Part shown: positions 26,614-35,840 of the stretch, one piece after another
Layout: every line of letters starts with the position of its first letter
How positions within the stretch are numbered: the first letter of the stretch is position 1
Assembly: GCA_038045185.1 (NCBI GenBank)
Contig: JBBSYO010000007.1
Span: 18 to 64,017, forward strand
Reading direction: 5' to 3'
Source of the DNA: Nanobdellota archaeon
GTDB taxonomy: Archaea > Nanobdellota > Nanobdellia > Pacearchaeales > GW2011-AR1
DNA length: 64,000 nt
Made by a program: the position numbers and the translations under genes
Notes under the pieces: generated by a model
Seen by the model: the letters and a program-made list of their open reading frames with translations, nothing else
What the model was told of the DNA's origin: nothing
The model's database searches: none

Positions 26614-27246
26614 ATGAGTAATCGTCCTCTTCCTCTGGAACCAAAACCCCTGCCCCCCTTTCGTATAGGAGACGATAATGGCGAACTGCCTCAGATTGCA
26701 CGTCCGCATCAGGGGATGCTTATTACAGGACCCTTGCATCAGTTTACAGAAGAGGGGTTCTCATTTAGTTTCCAAACTCCTGCATCGGTAGACACAGGAC
26801 GTCATTCAGGAGATAAAGGTTCCTGCATTGTTTATTTGAATAAAAGTTCTCCTTATTGTTCAGATACTCTTGACCCCCTCGCAGGACCTCGCTTTTGCCG
26901 CGCGCTGGTTTATACTAATCCAACACAGCCAAGAGGCTCCCGCGAACAATATGAATACAGGGCATGGCCTCTCCGTTTAGTTCGCGAAGTAACGCAAGGC
27001 GTACCCAGTGCCGACCGTCCAAATATCTTAACGCGGAACCAAGTAGAGTTTATGATAGAAAGAATATCAGGAGATCATTCAACCAGAGAATATCTTAATT
27101 TGAATCCTGTTGCTCAGGCAGACGAACAATATCTTGCACAATTACCTCATCATTTGCTTAAAGAGTTGTACGCCCTTTTAAAAATTGGAAGAATTCCAGC
27201 CCATCTCCGCCCTTCGCGAAGTCAAAGGCGGGCTAATCAAAGATAA
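26614..27246 (+). CDS. Hypothetical protein with atypical (GC-richer, Pro/Arg-rich) composition
   Basis: A 210-aa open frame is unlikely by chance. The N-terminus is Pro-rich, and the C-terminal half looks protein-like (QVEFMIERISGDHSTREYLNL...LLKELYALLKIG). It ends 1 nt before the RNase P RNA 3' end. Confidence 0.3.
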   Translation: MSNRPLPLEPKPLPPFRIGDDNGELPQIARPHQGMLITGPLHQFTEEGFSFSFQTPASVDTGRHSGDKGSCIVYLNKSSPYCSDTLDPLAGPRFCRALVYTNPTQPRGSREQYEYRAWPLRLVREVTQGVPSADRPNILTRNQVEFMIERISGDHSTREYLNLNPVAQADEQYLAQLPHHLLKELYALLKIGRIPAHLRPSRSQRRANQR

Positions 27247-27247
27247 T

Positions 27248-27730
27248 GTGAGCCGGCAACGCGGATTTTCATCCGCGAAGCCGCGAACACTTGCGTGTTC
27301 TCGGACATAGGCCAGATTCTGTCGGACGTCGCACCATGACGTGCGAACCGTGCGTGCTGACATCAGTCTATGCGTGCGGCTAAGGCACTTGCATCCACGA
27401 AGGCGCCAATGCTTTTTCAAGCACTTCGCATCTCTGACGAGTGCGACGTTTCATCCTATCCCTGCGCGCATAGCTCCCTGCATAGTTCATAGCGCGCGCA
27501 ATGGCGGTGTCGTTTCTGTGGCCAGAGAAAATCTTTCTTACGTCAGATTTTCTATGCCCGAAAAACATTGCGTTTTTCAGGGTTGCTTAACCTCGCGGCT
27601 AACTGCCTTTCAACAGTTCGTGTTGTACCGTTATCGACGATAACGATAGATGTCCGGACCTTCCTCAGGAGAAAACTCATGTCGTTTTTGCTCATTCAAG
27701 AGCACTCCCGGAGTCAGCTGTCCGACTCAC
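27248..27730 (-). ncRNA. rnpB: RNase P RNA (type A-like)
   Basis: On the minus strand, CR-I is GAGGAAGGUCCGGAC and CR-V is GACAGAAUCUGGCCUAUG. P4 can form as AGG(U)CCGG / CUGGCCU, with the conserved bulged U and a change compensatory relative to E. coli. The P1 terminal helix is GUGAGUCGG / CCGGCUCAC. A TTTAAAAG box lies about 25 nt upstream. Confidence 0.75.
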
Positions 27731-27781
27731 AAAAATAAGCCGCAGAACACGCTTTTAAACCTTGCGCCCGCGCGTTTTTGC

Positions 27782-27879
27782 TTTATTAGAATTTTTGGGT
27801 TGAATATTCCACAGTTTGCTGTGCCGTAAAAATTCTAATTAGAGAATCGTTAGTAGAAAATTTCAACGATTCTCTTTAT
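27782..27879. repeat. Nested-hairpin repeat element, copy A
   Basis: The outer stem TTAGAATTTTT...AAAAATTCTAA encloses GGGTTGAATATTCCACAGTTTGCTGTGCC. A second stem follows, AGAGAATCGTT...AACGATTCTCT. A longer copy lies at 46312-46449. Confidence 0.8.
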
Positions 27880-27920
27880 CAAATACAAAATTTTAAATAT
27901 AATTCCCAACTATAAAATCC

Positions 27921-28232
27921 ATGAAAAACACCTCTGAAAGAGCAGACTCCAGAGAGCACGTTTCTCCTTTAAGGCAGGTGCTCTTCCCTGTGTGCGCTAT
28001 CTCAATTATAAGTGGACTTGCAATAGTCGCAACTGTCAGAGGCTTCAGAACTGTTCATGCTGAAAGAATGCGCACAGAAGTAGCACGAATGGCAGATACT
28101 AATCAGGACAGCATCTCTACTCATGACGAGTGGGCTACAGTTTATGAAGGATTAGGGCAGCCATATAGGGGAATGGAAGGAACAGACCTTTCACCAGACC
28201 AATTAAGATATTTATCAGAAAATTCAAAATAA
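27921..28232 (+). CDS. Small membrane protein with EF-hand/dockerin-like Ca-binding loop
   Basis: 103 aa with one TM helix and the loop DTNQDSISTHDEW. Distant paralog of 32173..32457. Confidence 0.45.
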   Translation: MKNTSERADSREHVSPLRQVLFPVCAISIISGLAIVATVRGFRTVHAERMRTEVARMADTNQDSISTHDEWATVYEGLGQPYRGMEGTDLSPDQLRYLSENSK

Positions 28233-28382
28233 AGTTAAAACACCAAAAGAACTATTGGAAGAATCAGAACAAGAACACTAAGAAAAAATTCAGCTATATG
28301 TAGAAATATTATACAACACGTTATATTTTCTAAACTAAGAATATAATTCGTGGAACAATCCACACCCTCACATAATCTCTTT

Positions 28383-31300
28383 CTATTGCCCGTTCAAATA
28401 AGGATCTGCCTGCGTCTGCTGTGGGAACGCAGATTGCAAATCATAAAGTGCGCGCCGTCTTTCATGACGCATATGCACAATTAGCGAGACAAGAACTAAA
28501 ATAAATAATAATGCATGTATGGTAAGAACACCTGCCGCAGTTTTGCTGAGGAGTTTTGACTGTCGCAGATTCGTAAGGGGCGAGCATCTAATCATTCCAC
28601 ACACACCAAGTTCCCACACCAGATATGGATAATCGTTCGGTAGCATATCCCAGACGTTCGTAAAGTCCCATCCAACATAACTCGATTGCTGCTGCATCTG
28701 GCTCGTTGTCAAACCAGTTCCGCCAGCGCTCGTTGCCTGCCCAGAAGTTTGCGTGTCCCAGTATGACGATATAATTTGTGCGTTGAAAGCCTTGCCAATC
28801 AATCCACCAGCACCGTTAGCATTCGTCGCACTTACCACCCCAGTTGAATAAGACGCAGCAATATTAACCTGCACATAAATCCCCCCAAGGCATCCAACCA
28901 GCCCACCTGCATAAATTGCTGAATTATCACTGCATCCATTAAATAACGGAGAGGTTATGCTGTCTGTGGCAGTCACATTTCCCAAAGCATATGAGTCAGA
29001 TAACGTCGCATTATACGTATACGCCCCCACAAGCCCTCCCACATGCTTCTTCCCATCCGCATTTCCCTTGGCAAACGATTGCAGTATATCCACTTGAGTC
29101 GCACTTCCCACAAGCCCCCCAACAAAGAATTCGCCGCGTGTATTTCCAGACGCGTAAGACTTTATGATTTGGATATTAAGTCCCTCTCCAACCAGCCCCC
29201 CAACGCTTTCATTGCCATAAACATCTCCCAAGGAATATGAATTTTGTGCAACTACATTCTGGGCATTTCCTATTAATCCCCCTGTTAGCCTCTGCCCCCC
29301 ATTTACGTTTCCCGTCGCAAACGAGCTGTTAATAAATCCTTCATAATGAGAACCAACAAGCCCCCCAACCATAGCTGCACTAACATCAATCGTGCTTGCA
29401 TTAACATTTCCATGTGCGCTTGAATCTGAAATGTTTCCATAAAGAGTGTGCCCAACTAACCCTCCGACATAACCGTATCCACTAACATTTCCATACGCGC
29501 CAGAGTTAAAAATAGATGAACTGCTTAATTGTCCAACAAGCCCCCCAACAAATGTTTCGGCAATATTATTCATATCGCGCGCGGCAACATTACCCGTCGC
29601 AAACGAATTGTTAATAAACCCCCTATACTGAGAACCAGAAAGTCCCCCAATAAAACCAGCGTTAATCCCATAACCTATTACGTTGCCGCGCGCCCACGAG
29701 CCAGTTATATTGCCTGTCCCTGAACCCACCAATCCACCAACCCAACTATCGCCAGTCACATTACCAGATGCAGAACTATCAATAATCGTTCCAGAATTAA
29801 AACCAACCAATCCTCCAACATAAGAATTTCCATACACATTGCCAGAAGCAGAAGCATTAATGATTATTCCGCTATTACTTGAAGTAAATCCTCCAACTTG
29901 AGAAATTCTTGTAGCATTAACAATTACTGAAGCAGAAGAATCACTAACTGCGCCAAGTTGAATAGTTCCTACGAATCCCCCGATAGTCCCATAACTGCCA
30001 TTGGTGTCCAACAAACCATTAACTTGGACGTTCGTGATAGAAGTGTTAAACACAAATCCAGCAACAGACCCGACAAAATTAGCATTCATTACATTTTTAA
30101 GGACAATAGACACATTGCCAATTCGTAAATTTCTCAATTCTCCATCGAAAATTACACCAAAAAGCCCGTAAAATCGTGGCGCCCCAGTATCATTATAATA
30201 ATTAAGATTAGCAATAACATGATTTTGTCCGTCATAAGTTCCTGTAAACGGGTCGTTGTCGCTTAACCCAATAGGCAACCAGTTGTATCCCGCAAGGTCA
30301 ATATCACATACCTGCCGATAATTCGCCGTCAAATTATTCCGTACATTATCCAGCTCCTGCGAGGTGCATACATTTATCCAATCACCGCCGCCAGTTCCTC
30401 CTGTTCCATTCGTGACCACAATAACGCCACTCGCGCTTCCAAACGCTCCACTATTATCTTGGACAGTTAAATTTACAGTGTAATTTCCCATAGAGTTATA
30501 GGTGTGTTGAGCAATCTGTCCGCTTCCTGCAGAACTATCTCCAAAATCCCATTGATAAGAAGTTATATTTCCGTCAGAGTCGTAAGAGAGTGAAGCATTA
30601 AAGCTTACATTCAGAGGAGCTGTTCCGCTGGATGGATTGAAGGTAAACTGCGCAACAGGCAGGAGATTGGTGCCAGTCTGGCTAACTGCGACAACAGAAG
30701 TCGCACTCGAGTTCGCGCCAGCATTATCTCGCACAGTTAAGATAACAGTATAATTTCCCGCCGTGTTGTAAGTATGAAATGCAAATACCCCTGAACTATT
30801 TGCTCCGTCGCCGAAATTCCATGTATACGCAACAATCGTTCCGTCGATATCGTAAGAGCTGGAAGCATTAAATGTGACATTGAGCGGTGCTTGTCCGCTC
30901 AAAGGACTGAATGTAAACTGCGCAACAGGCGGTTGGTTAGAAGCTACACTTGTGTTGATGCTGAAATTAGTTTGTGCCATTAGCACGTAGTTAGTTGCAT
31001 TAGAAGCAAACACGTTCAAGGTGTGCGCGCCTTCTGAACCAGCGAATGTAGTGGACGCACAGTTAGCAATAGTCACATTACTCGTCCCATCAAGCGAATA
31101 TCTACAAGAAGTCGCGCTGAAATTAACAATCGTTATTTGCAGAGGTAAATTTGTTGTATAATTAAATTGCTCTCCGTTTGCTGGTCGTATGATAACAAGG
31201 GAAGGCGTAGATGTAGCCCCGCCATTATTGTTATTATTTCCTCCCCCGCTTCCGCCAGAGCCGCCTCCTCCACCGCCTCCACCGCCGCTTCTTCCTCCAC

Positions 31301-31529
31301 CTCCTCCTGAACCTCCGACTTGCGTTGTGGTAGTGTTCGTGCCAAGAGGTGTTTGATTAGTGAACAAATTGCCTGCTGTCGGCGCGCCTGAAGAAGGTAG
31401 CTGACCTGTTTCATTAAGCGCCTCAATGTCTGAACTGGCAAAATAAGCCGCAAAACTAAAAAAACTTATCAGCAATAACAAAGCACATACAGCCAGAATA
31501 AACGTCAGGGTATCGCGGGGAAGTTTCAC
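28383..31529 (-). CDS. Giant surface protein: Gly-rich linker, two PKD domains, GLUG-motif repeat region, C-terminal TM anchor
   Basis: 1048 aa. There are two PKD-like repeats (PVAQFTF.P.SG.APLNV.FNAS.SYD.DG.I..Y.W.FGD) and more than 15 GGLVG/GGLIG (GLUG) repeats. A C-terminal hydrophobic helix is present. GTG start behind a TTTAAA box. Confidence 0.75.
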   Translation of the reverse strand: MKLPRDTLTFILAVCALLLLISFFSFAAYFASSDIEALNETGQLPSSGAPTAGNLFTNQTPLGTNTTTTQVGGSGGGGGRSGGGGGGGGGSGGSGGGNNNNNGGATSTPSLVIIRPANGEQFNYTTNLPLQITIVNFSATSCRYSLDGTSNVTIANCASTTFAGSEGAHTLNVFASNATNYVLMAQTNFSINTSVASNQPPVAQFTFSPLSGQAPLNVTFNASSSYDIDGTIVAYTWNFGDGANSSGVFAFHTYNTAGNYTVILTVRDNAGANSSATSVVAVSQTGTNLLPVAQFTFNPSSGTAPLNVSFNASLSYDSDGNITSYQWDFGDSSAGSGQIAQHTYNSMGNYTVNLTVQDNSGAFGSASGVIVVTNGTGGTGGGDWINVCTSQELDNVRNNLTANYRQVCDIDLAGYNWLPIGLSDNDPFTGTYDGQNHVIANLNYYNDTGAPRFYGLFGVIFDGELRNLRIGNVSIVLKNVMNANFVGSVAGFVFNTSITNVQVNGLLDTNGSYGTIGGFVGTIQLGAVSDSSASVIVNATRISQVGGFTSSNSGIIINASASGNVYGNSYVGGLVGFNSGTIIDSSASGNVTGDSWVGGLVGSGTGNITGSWARGNVIGYGINAGFIGGLSGSQYRGFINNSFATGNVAARDMNNIAETFVGGLVGQLSSSSIFNSGAYGNVSGYGYVGGLVGHTLYGNISDSSAHGNVNASTIDVSAAMVGGLVGSHYEGFINSSFATGNVNGGQRLTGGLIGNAQNVVAQNSYSLGDVYGNESVGGLVGEGLNIQIIKSYASGNTRGEFFVGGLVGSATQVDILQSFAKGNADGKKHVGGLVGAYTYNATLSDSYALGNVTATDSITSPLFNGCSDNSAIYAGGLVGCLGGIYVQVNIAASYSTGVVSATNANGAGGLIGKAFNAQIISSYWDTQTSGQATSAGGTGLTTSQMQQQSSYVGWDFTNVWDMLPNDYPYLVWELGVCGMIRCSPLTNLRQSKLLSKTAAGVLTIHALLFILVLVSLIVHMRHERRRALYDLQSAFPQQTQADPYLNGQ

Positions 31530-31762
31530 AGATAATTATCAGCACGCAGGTTTAAATGTCTTCGCAAGAAGTTTTGATGCATTTTCAAGGGACAAATATG
31601 ATTGGACCAAGAGGGAATTGTAGCATAGAGGACTTATTCCTAAATTAGATTAATTTTCTAGAACCCTCAGAAACCGACTCTAAGTTTTCCAAATTAGACC
31701 TTGACCGAGAAGACTATTTTCTATAACGCGCGCAGACAGGTATTTAAATTATCATTTCATAA

Positions 31763-32161
31763 ATGAGTATGAAAAAGAGTCCAAACTCAGAAAAACCGTC
31801 GTATCATTTCCTGCCTCCCAGGCACACATGGTTGCTGTTCGTGCCATATCTCGTTCTGTGCATCGTGTTTTTCTATATGCTTAGTCAGAAAACAAATGCC
31901 AATTTTGGACTTATGGAAATCGTATTCTCAATCGGCGCAGCTTGGCTGCTCACGCTTATCTTCGGATGGATACGCAATCTAATTCTTTCAAATCCGTATT
32001 TAGGTTTAGGCATAGGCATCCTTACTATCATCGCGTTTGTCAGCGCGCTCTTCGCGCGATATCAGGGGATTTACACTCTCTCTTTCGCAACCATAGGCGC
32101 GCTCATCACTGCCATTTATCTTGTCGTATTTTTCTTTATCGGGAAGAAACAGGCTAATTAA
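31763..32161 (+). CDS. Multi-pass membrane protein, unknown function
   Basis: 132 aa with four predicted TM helices. Confidence 0.45.
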   Translation: MSMKKSPNSEKPSYHFLPPRHTWLLFVPYLVLCIVFFYMLSQKTNANFGLMEIVFSIGAAWLLTLIFGWIRNLILSNPYLGLGIGILTIIAFVSALFARYQGIYTLSFATIGALITAIYLVVFFFIGKKQAN

Positions 32162-32172
32162 TATCTCGACCC

Positions 32173-32457
32173 CTACGGGCATGAATTTCCAAGTCCTAAA
32201 TATCTTGATATGTCATCATTAGATAGGTCTCGAATGGTTTTTCCATTCTCATATCTTTTATTTATGATTCCCCATACATATCCAAGTTCGGTATAATCTA
32301 AAACGCCATCCCCGTTTATATCTGCTACTTGACTAATTTTCGTTTCCAAATCTCCCCGTTCTTGATTCCCCATATAAATCCCGACCCCAATAAGTCCTGT
32401 AAGCATAAGAGCAGGCGGACCAATCGCACAAGACATTATTTTTATTGATTTATCCAT
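32173..32457 (-). CDS. Small membrane protein with EF-hand-like loop
   Basis: 94 aa with an N-terminal TM helix and the canonical-looking loop DINGDGVLDYTE. Confidence 0.5.
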   Translation of the reverse strand: MDKSIKIMSCAIGPPALMLTGLIGVGIYMGNQERGDLETKISQVADINGDGVLDYTELGYVWGIINKRYENGKTIRDLSNDDISRYLGLGNSCP

Positions 32458-32553
32458 ACAAATACAATTAGTGATTGCTTTTTAAACTTATTCGTCTTCC
32501 CTCGGGTTTACCATTCATGCGCCATAAGAGTTTTCAATAAAAAATCAAATCAA

Positions 32554-32581
32554 CGCGTACGCAGGCAAAAGAATATCCATA
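32554..32581. promoter_or_regulatory. 23S processing-stem arm (pairs with 37959-37986)
   Basis: CGCGTACGCAGGCAAAAGAATATCCATA is the exact reverse complement of 37959-37986. The resulting 28-bp helix brackets the 23S gene. Confidence 0.8.
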
Positions 32582-32869
32582 AAAAATAAAGTGAGGCTTT
32601 TAGTAGTTGCATGCTAAACTCCTCGGGTTCTTGGAGATTACACACCAACTCTATCAACGTGATCTTTTATCACGGCCTTTGTTGACTCGTCTTGCGGATC
32701 GCTTCGTGCTTAGATGCTTTCAGCACTTATCGATACATGGCGTAGCTGCGCGGCCTGCTATATTAACAACCGCCCACCAGAGGCCACCGAGTATCGTTCC
32801 TCTCGTACTAGATACTCGTTCCACTCAGTCAACCACGCACCTAGTAGATATCAAACAAACTGTCTCGCG

Positions 32870-33302
32870 TATATTGCTCAACGATTATTTCTTTTCGTTG
32901 TATGGACTATACCTTCAACTTAAATTCTTGCGAATTTAAGTGATCGACGTCTTAGCAGGGTAATCCTGCTCTAAGATTTCTCGAACTTGACGGGTTCTAT
33001 TCCCTTTCAGGAAAATCTTAAGTCTCTACGGGGATCACTTTCGTGATCTTCCCTCGGGGTTACCATACTATTCGTTTCAATAGTAAGACTTCACCGATAT
33101 GAGTCGATTTTATTTTTCATATCCTCGCGGATATGCAACGCCGCTATTTTTGATACAGAAAACAAACGTAAATTTTGTTTGTTCTTCTGTCTCACCAAGT
33201 CTTTGACTTGGAGATAGTTGCGACACTCACAGAATATAATTCCGTGGTGACTCCAGCTTTGATAAGCTGAAGTTTTGGTACAGGATTCGTTGCTTATTGT
33301 TT
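32870..33302 (-). mobile_element. ORF-less group-I-like intron in 23S (E. coli ~2590-2600 region, the I-CreI target region)
   Basis: The exon sequence TGTCTCGCG | ACGTTCTTAACCC is split by about 433 nt. The sense strand has GNRA-capped hairpins (ACUUAAAUUC-GCAA-GAAUUUAAGU, GAUCAC-GAAA-GUGAUC). It also has the J8/7-P7-like GAAGGUAUAGUCC (32904-32917). Confidence 0.7.
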
Positions 33303-33989
33303 ACGTTCTTAACCCAGCTAACGATCCCTTTTAATGCGTGAACTCCGACACCCTTGGTGGCTTATGCACCACCAGGATAGGAAGAGCCGACAGCGATGTA
33401 CCAAACCGCGCCGTCAATATGGACTATCGGGCGCGACAAGCCTGTTATCCTTGAAGTACCTTTTCTGTCACACACGAGCCCTATTAAAAAGCTACGTGGG
33501 GTCGCTAAGCCCGACTTTCATCTCTGCATCTCGTGCTGTTTGAGATACAGTCAGACAAGCTTTTGCCTTCGCACTCAACTCCAGATTTCCAACCTGGATG
33601 AGCTTGTCATTAGGCCCTACCGATATCTTTTCGGCAGGGTGCCGCCCCAGCCAAACTGCCCGCCTGCTGGTGTCCCCCGTGAGGGGTGAGCAGTGCCGAG
33701 AAAAATGAGGAGTGTTACAGGGGCGCTCCGCTCACGCCGAAGCATGAGCATCGATGCTCCTCCCTACGCTATGCATTTCTCTTGACACCACAACAACAAG
33801 TTGCAGTAAAGGTTTACAAGGTCTTCGCTTCCCACTAGGCGACACCGGCATTTTCACCGGTAAGTGGGTTCAGAAGGTTCTGGCTCGGGACAGTGACCAC
33901 CTCGTTGAACCATTCATGCACGTCGCCATTCAGACGACAAGGCATTACGCTCAATTTGATGTTACACCGTCTTAGTTAAAGAATTAAAA

Positions 33990-34163
33990 TTATTGCTTGA
34001 AGCTTTTTGTGATTCCAACAATTCCAATAACAATGATTGCTATTGCAATTATCCACGCCAAAGGCCCTTGAGTTACATCACCCAATGCTTGTATTCCAAG
34101 CAATGGTAGCAACAAAAGAATTCCTATAAGCGTTGTTAGAATCGCGTATATTTTGCTTTGCAT
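33990..34163 (-). CDS. 57-aa two-TM peptide inside the 23S insertion
   Basis: ORF below the track cutoff: MQSKIYAILTTLIGILLLLPLLGIQALGDVTQGPLAWIIAIAIIVIGIVGITKSFKQ. Confidence 0.4.
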   Translation of the reverse strand: MQSKIYAILTTLIGILLLLPLLGIQALGDVTQGPLAWIIAIAIIVIGIVGITKSFKQ

Positions 34164-34260
34164 AATTCATAAAGAATTGTTTTCTTTTTAAATCTTTGGA
34201 AAACGGTTCTTGACTTTTGTCAAGTCATTATATCGCTATAATGTTCGGACTGTATCTTCA

Positions 34261-34509
34261 TTAATAATTATGCCCAAAAACAATCTTTTCAAGATACAAT
34301 TCTTGTTTCTGAACATCGTATCTAAAAACGATTCTTAACTTTTCTATCCTGATTCTGCAAAATTTATTCAAATTGAAGTGCAGATGTTTATATCTATCAG
34401 GATTTTCAGCAACTTCCTCAAATTTCTTCTTGATTCTATCTTGGAAATTTTTATCCAATTTTCTAAAGTCTTTTTCAAACTCTTTAGTTGGAAGAATTTT
34501 ATAATTCAT
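34261..34509 (-). CDS. RelE/ParE-family toxin inside the 23S insertion
   Basis: 82 aa from the internal ATG. YKILPTKEFEKDFRKLDKNFQDRIKKKFEEVAENPDRYKHL...FCRIRIEKLRIVFRYDVQKQELYLEKIVFGHNY matches the RelE/ParE pattern. It overlaps the upstream ORF. Confidence 0.75.
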   Translation of the reverse strand: MNYKILPTKEFEKDFRKLDKNFQDRIKKKFEEVAENPDRYKHLHFNLNKFCRIRIEKLRIVFRYDVQKQELYLEKIVFGHNY

Positions 34510-34675
34510 CCCAGTTTGCAAAGTCTCTATTTTTGATTTGCTCTTCGGATATCTTTAACGATTCCATGAACTCTTTATTGTTGGAAAGTTCAATGGATTC
34601 CATTATCAAGTCTAACTCTTCTTTTAACTTCATCAGTTCGATAAAAGCCTTTCTATCAATTGTTATTGTTTCCAT
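34499..34675 (-). CDS. Antitoxin-like 58-aa protein coupled to RelE
   Basis: ORF below the track cutoff: METITIDRKAFIELMKLKEELDLIMESIELSNNKEFMESLKISEEQIKNRDFANWDEL. Its stop overlaps the RelE start region by 11 nt. Confidence 0.55.
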   Translation of the reverse strand: METITIDRKAFIELMKLKEELDLIMESIELSNNKEFMESLKISEEQIKNRDFANWDEL

Positions 34676-34751
34676 AGATTCAAGGGGAAATACTACTATT
34701 TATGTTTTTGGTTTTAATGTCAAGCGTTCAGTCTCTGAGGATTCTAGAAAA

Positions 34752-35027
34752 TTATTGTTTAATTAATGGCTGAAGCTCTTGATTTCTCTTAGATTTCCAA
34801 TATCCCCTAAATTTTTCATATGTCGGATTTAATTCCAGAAGATCTTCTTGTGGAACTTGATTGCCTTCATATAATGCGCTAAATCTATTTGGATATTTTT
34901 TAGAAAGATGCTCGTGAAAAGATCTCACTCCTTCAGGCATTCCTGCTGGAGGTGTATGAAATATTCCATCACAACATGCTTCCATCATTCCTAAAATTTC
35001 TTCAAGTTCTCCAAACGTAAGATTCAT
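34752..35027 (-). CDS. Hypothetical 91-aa protein inside the 23S insertion
   Basis: ORF on the rRNA sense strand. No motif was recognised. Confidence 0.4.
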   Translation of the reverse strand: MNLTFGELEEILGMMEACCDGIFHTPPAGMPEGVRSFHEHLSKKYPNRFSALYEGNQVPQEDLLELNPTYEKFRGYWKSKRNQELQPLIKQ

Positions 35028-35309
35028 AAATTTTTACACTTATGTTTCCTTTTAAACTTTTCTCTAGTCTTTCCTGCTGATTGTCTGCACTCATAAATTT
35101 TCACATAGTGCCTATTTTTTAAAACTATGTATTATGAGATACTCAGATGTTCCAGCATATAGCTTGATTTTCTCCTGTTCTTCTGTTTATCTTTTGTAAC
35201 TATGGTTGCTCGGAGCGTTTACTCGCGAGAGTAACCGTAAGGCAGTTCCTTATGGTTCAACCTTAAGCATTCTTACTCCAATTACTTGGAGAGTCGGACT
35301 TTATCATAA

Positions 35310-35840
35310 TCAATTTTGTTGATTCTCGACGTAAAGTCTCTGAGGGTTACCTAAAATCTGTTCCATAGTATATTTTCTTTTTCCCTTACCGCCTTTAGTT
35401 TTTTGAAAAACTAAATTAAGTAATTTTTCGAATCCTTCTTTTGTGTCTTGCTCATTATTATTGAGCCCAGCAACAATTTCAGAAAATTTCTGAAATGCCG
35501 GCCGTTTTACAATTAAAGGATATTTTTGGAAAAAAGGAATTACTTGTTCAGTAAGCCTTCTTCTATTCTTTTCAACCAAAATCAATTGATTCGGTTGTCC
35601 AGATTTGACAGAAATCTTACCACATCCCAATGCTTTTTGTAAAATCATTAGAATTTCCCCATTATCTTTATGCTGACTTATTTTAAATTCCGGAGTTATA
35701 GTAAATCCAAATTTAGTCCACGGTGTTTTCCGTGTTTGAATTGGAAATGCTCCTTCTCCATCTACAAAGCCTGCAAGATGATGAGATATGAACTCTAGGT
35801 TCTTCCCTGCTGATTGTCCTTGCGCTAGATTCATTTTCAC
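35310..35840 (-). CDS. Single-motif LAGLIDADG homing endonuclease (I-CreI-like size) inside the 23S insertion
   Basis: 176 aa, with an ATG at 35834 also possible. Contains HLAGFVDGEGAF and IPFFQKYPL, typical of the LAGLIDADG_1 family. The stop is followed directly by a J8/7-like motif. Confidence 0.85.
   Translation of the reverse strand: MKMNLAQGQSAGKNLEFISHHLAGFVDGEGAFPIQTRKTPWTKFGFTITPEFKISQHKDNGEILMILQKALGCGKISVKSGQPNQLILVEKNRRRLTEQVIPFFQKYPLIVKRPAFQKFSEIVAGLNNNEQDTKEGFEKLLNLVFQKTKGGKGKRKYTMEQILGNPQRLYVENQQN

Noticed and set aside
27178..27643. Three overlapping ORFs, one with a GH...Y segment faintly like a tyrosine recombinase C-terminus
   Set aside because: The region folds as RNase P RNA (CR-I, CR-V, P4 with bulged U, P1). 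The spacing of the supposed recombinase His and Tyr residues does not fit the family.
32607..33975. Track ORFs 32607..32939, 32714..32923, 33334..33543, 33396..33689 and 33754..33975
   Set aside because: All lie on the strand opposite to, and within, 23S rRNA exons or the ORF-less intron. They are rich in Arg, Pro and Ser with no motifs, so they are spurious frames in structural RNA.
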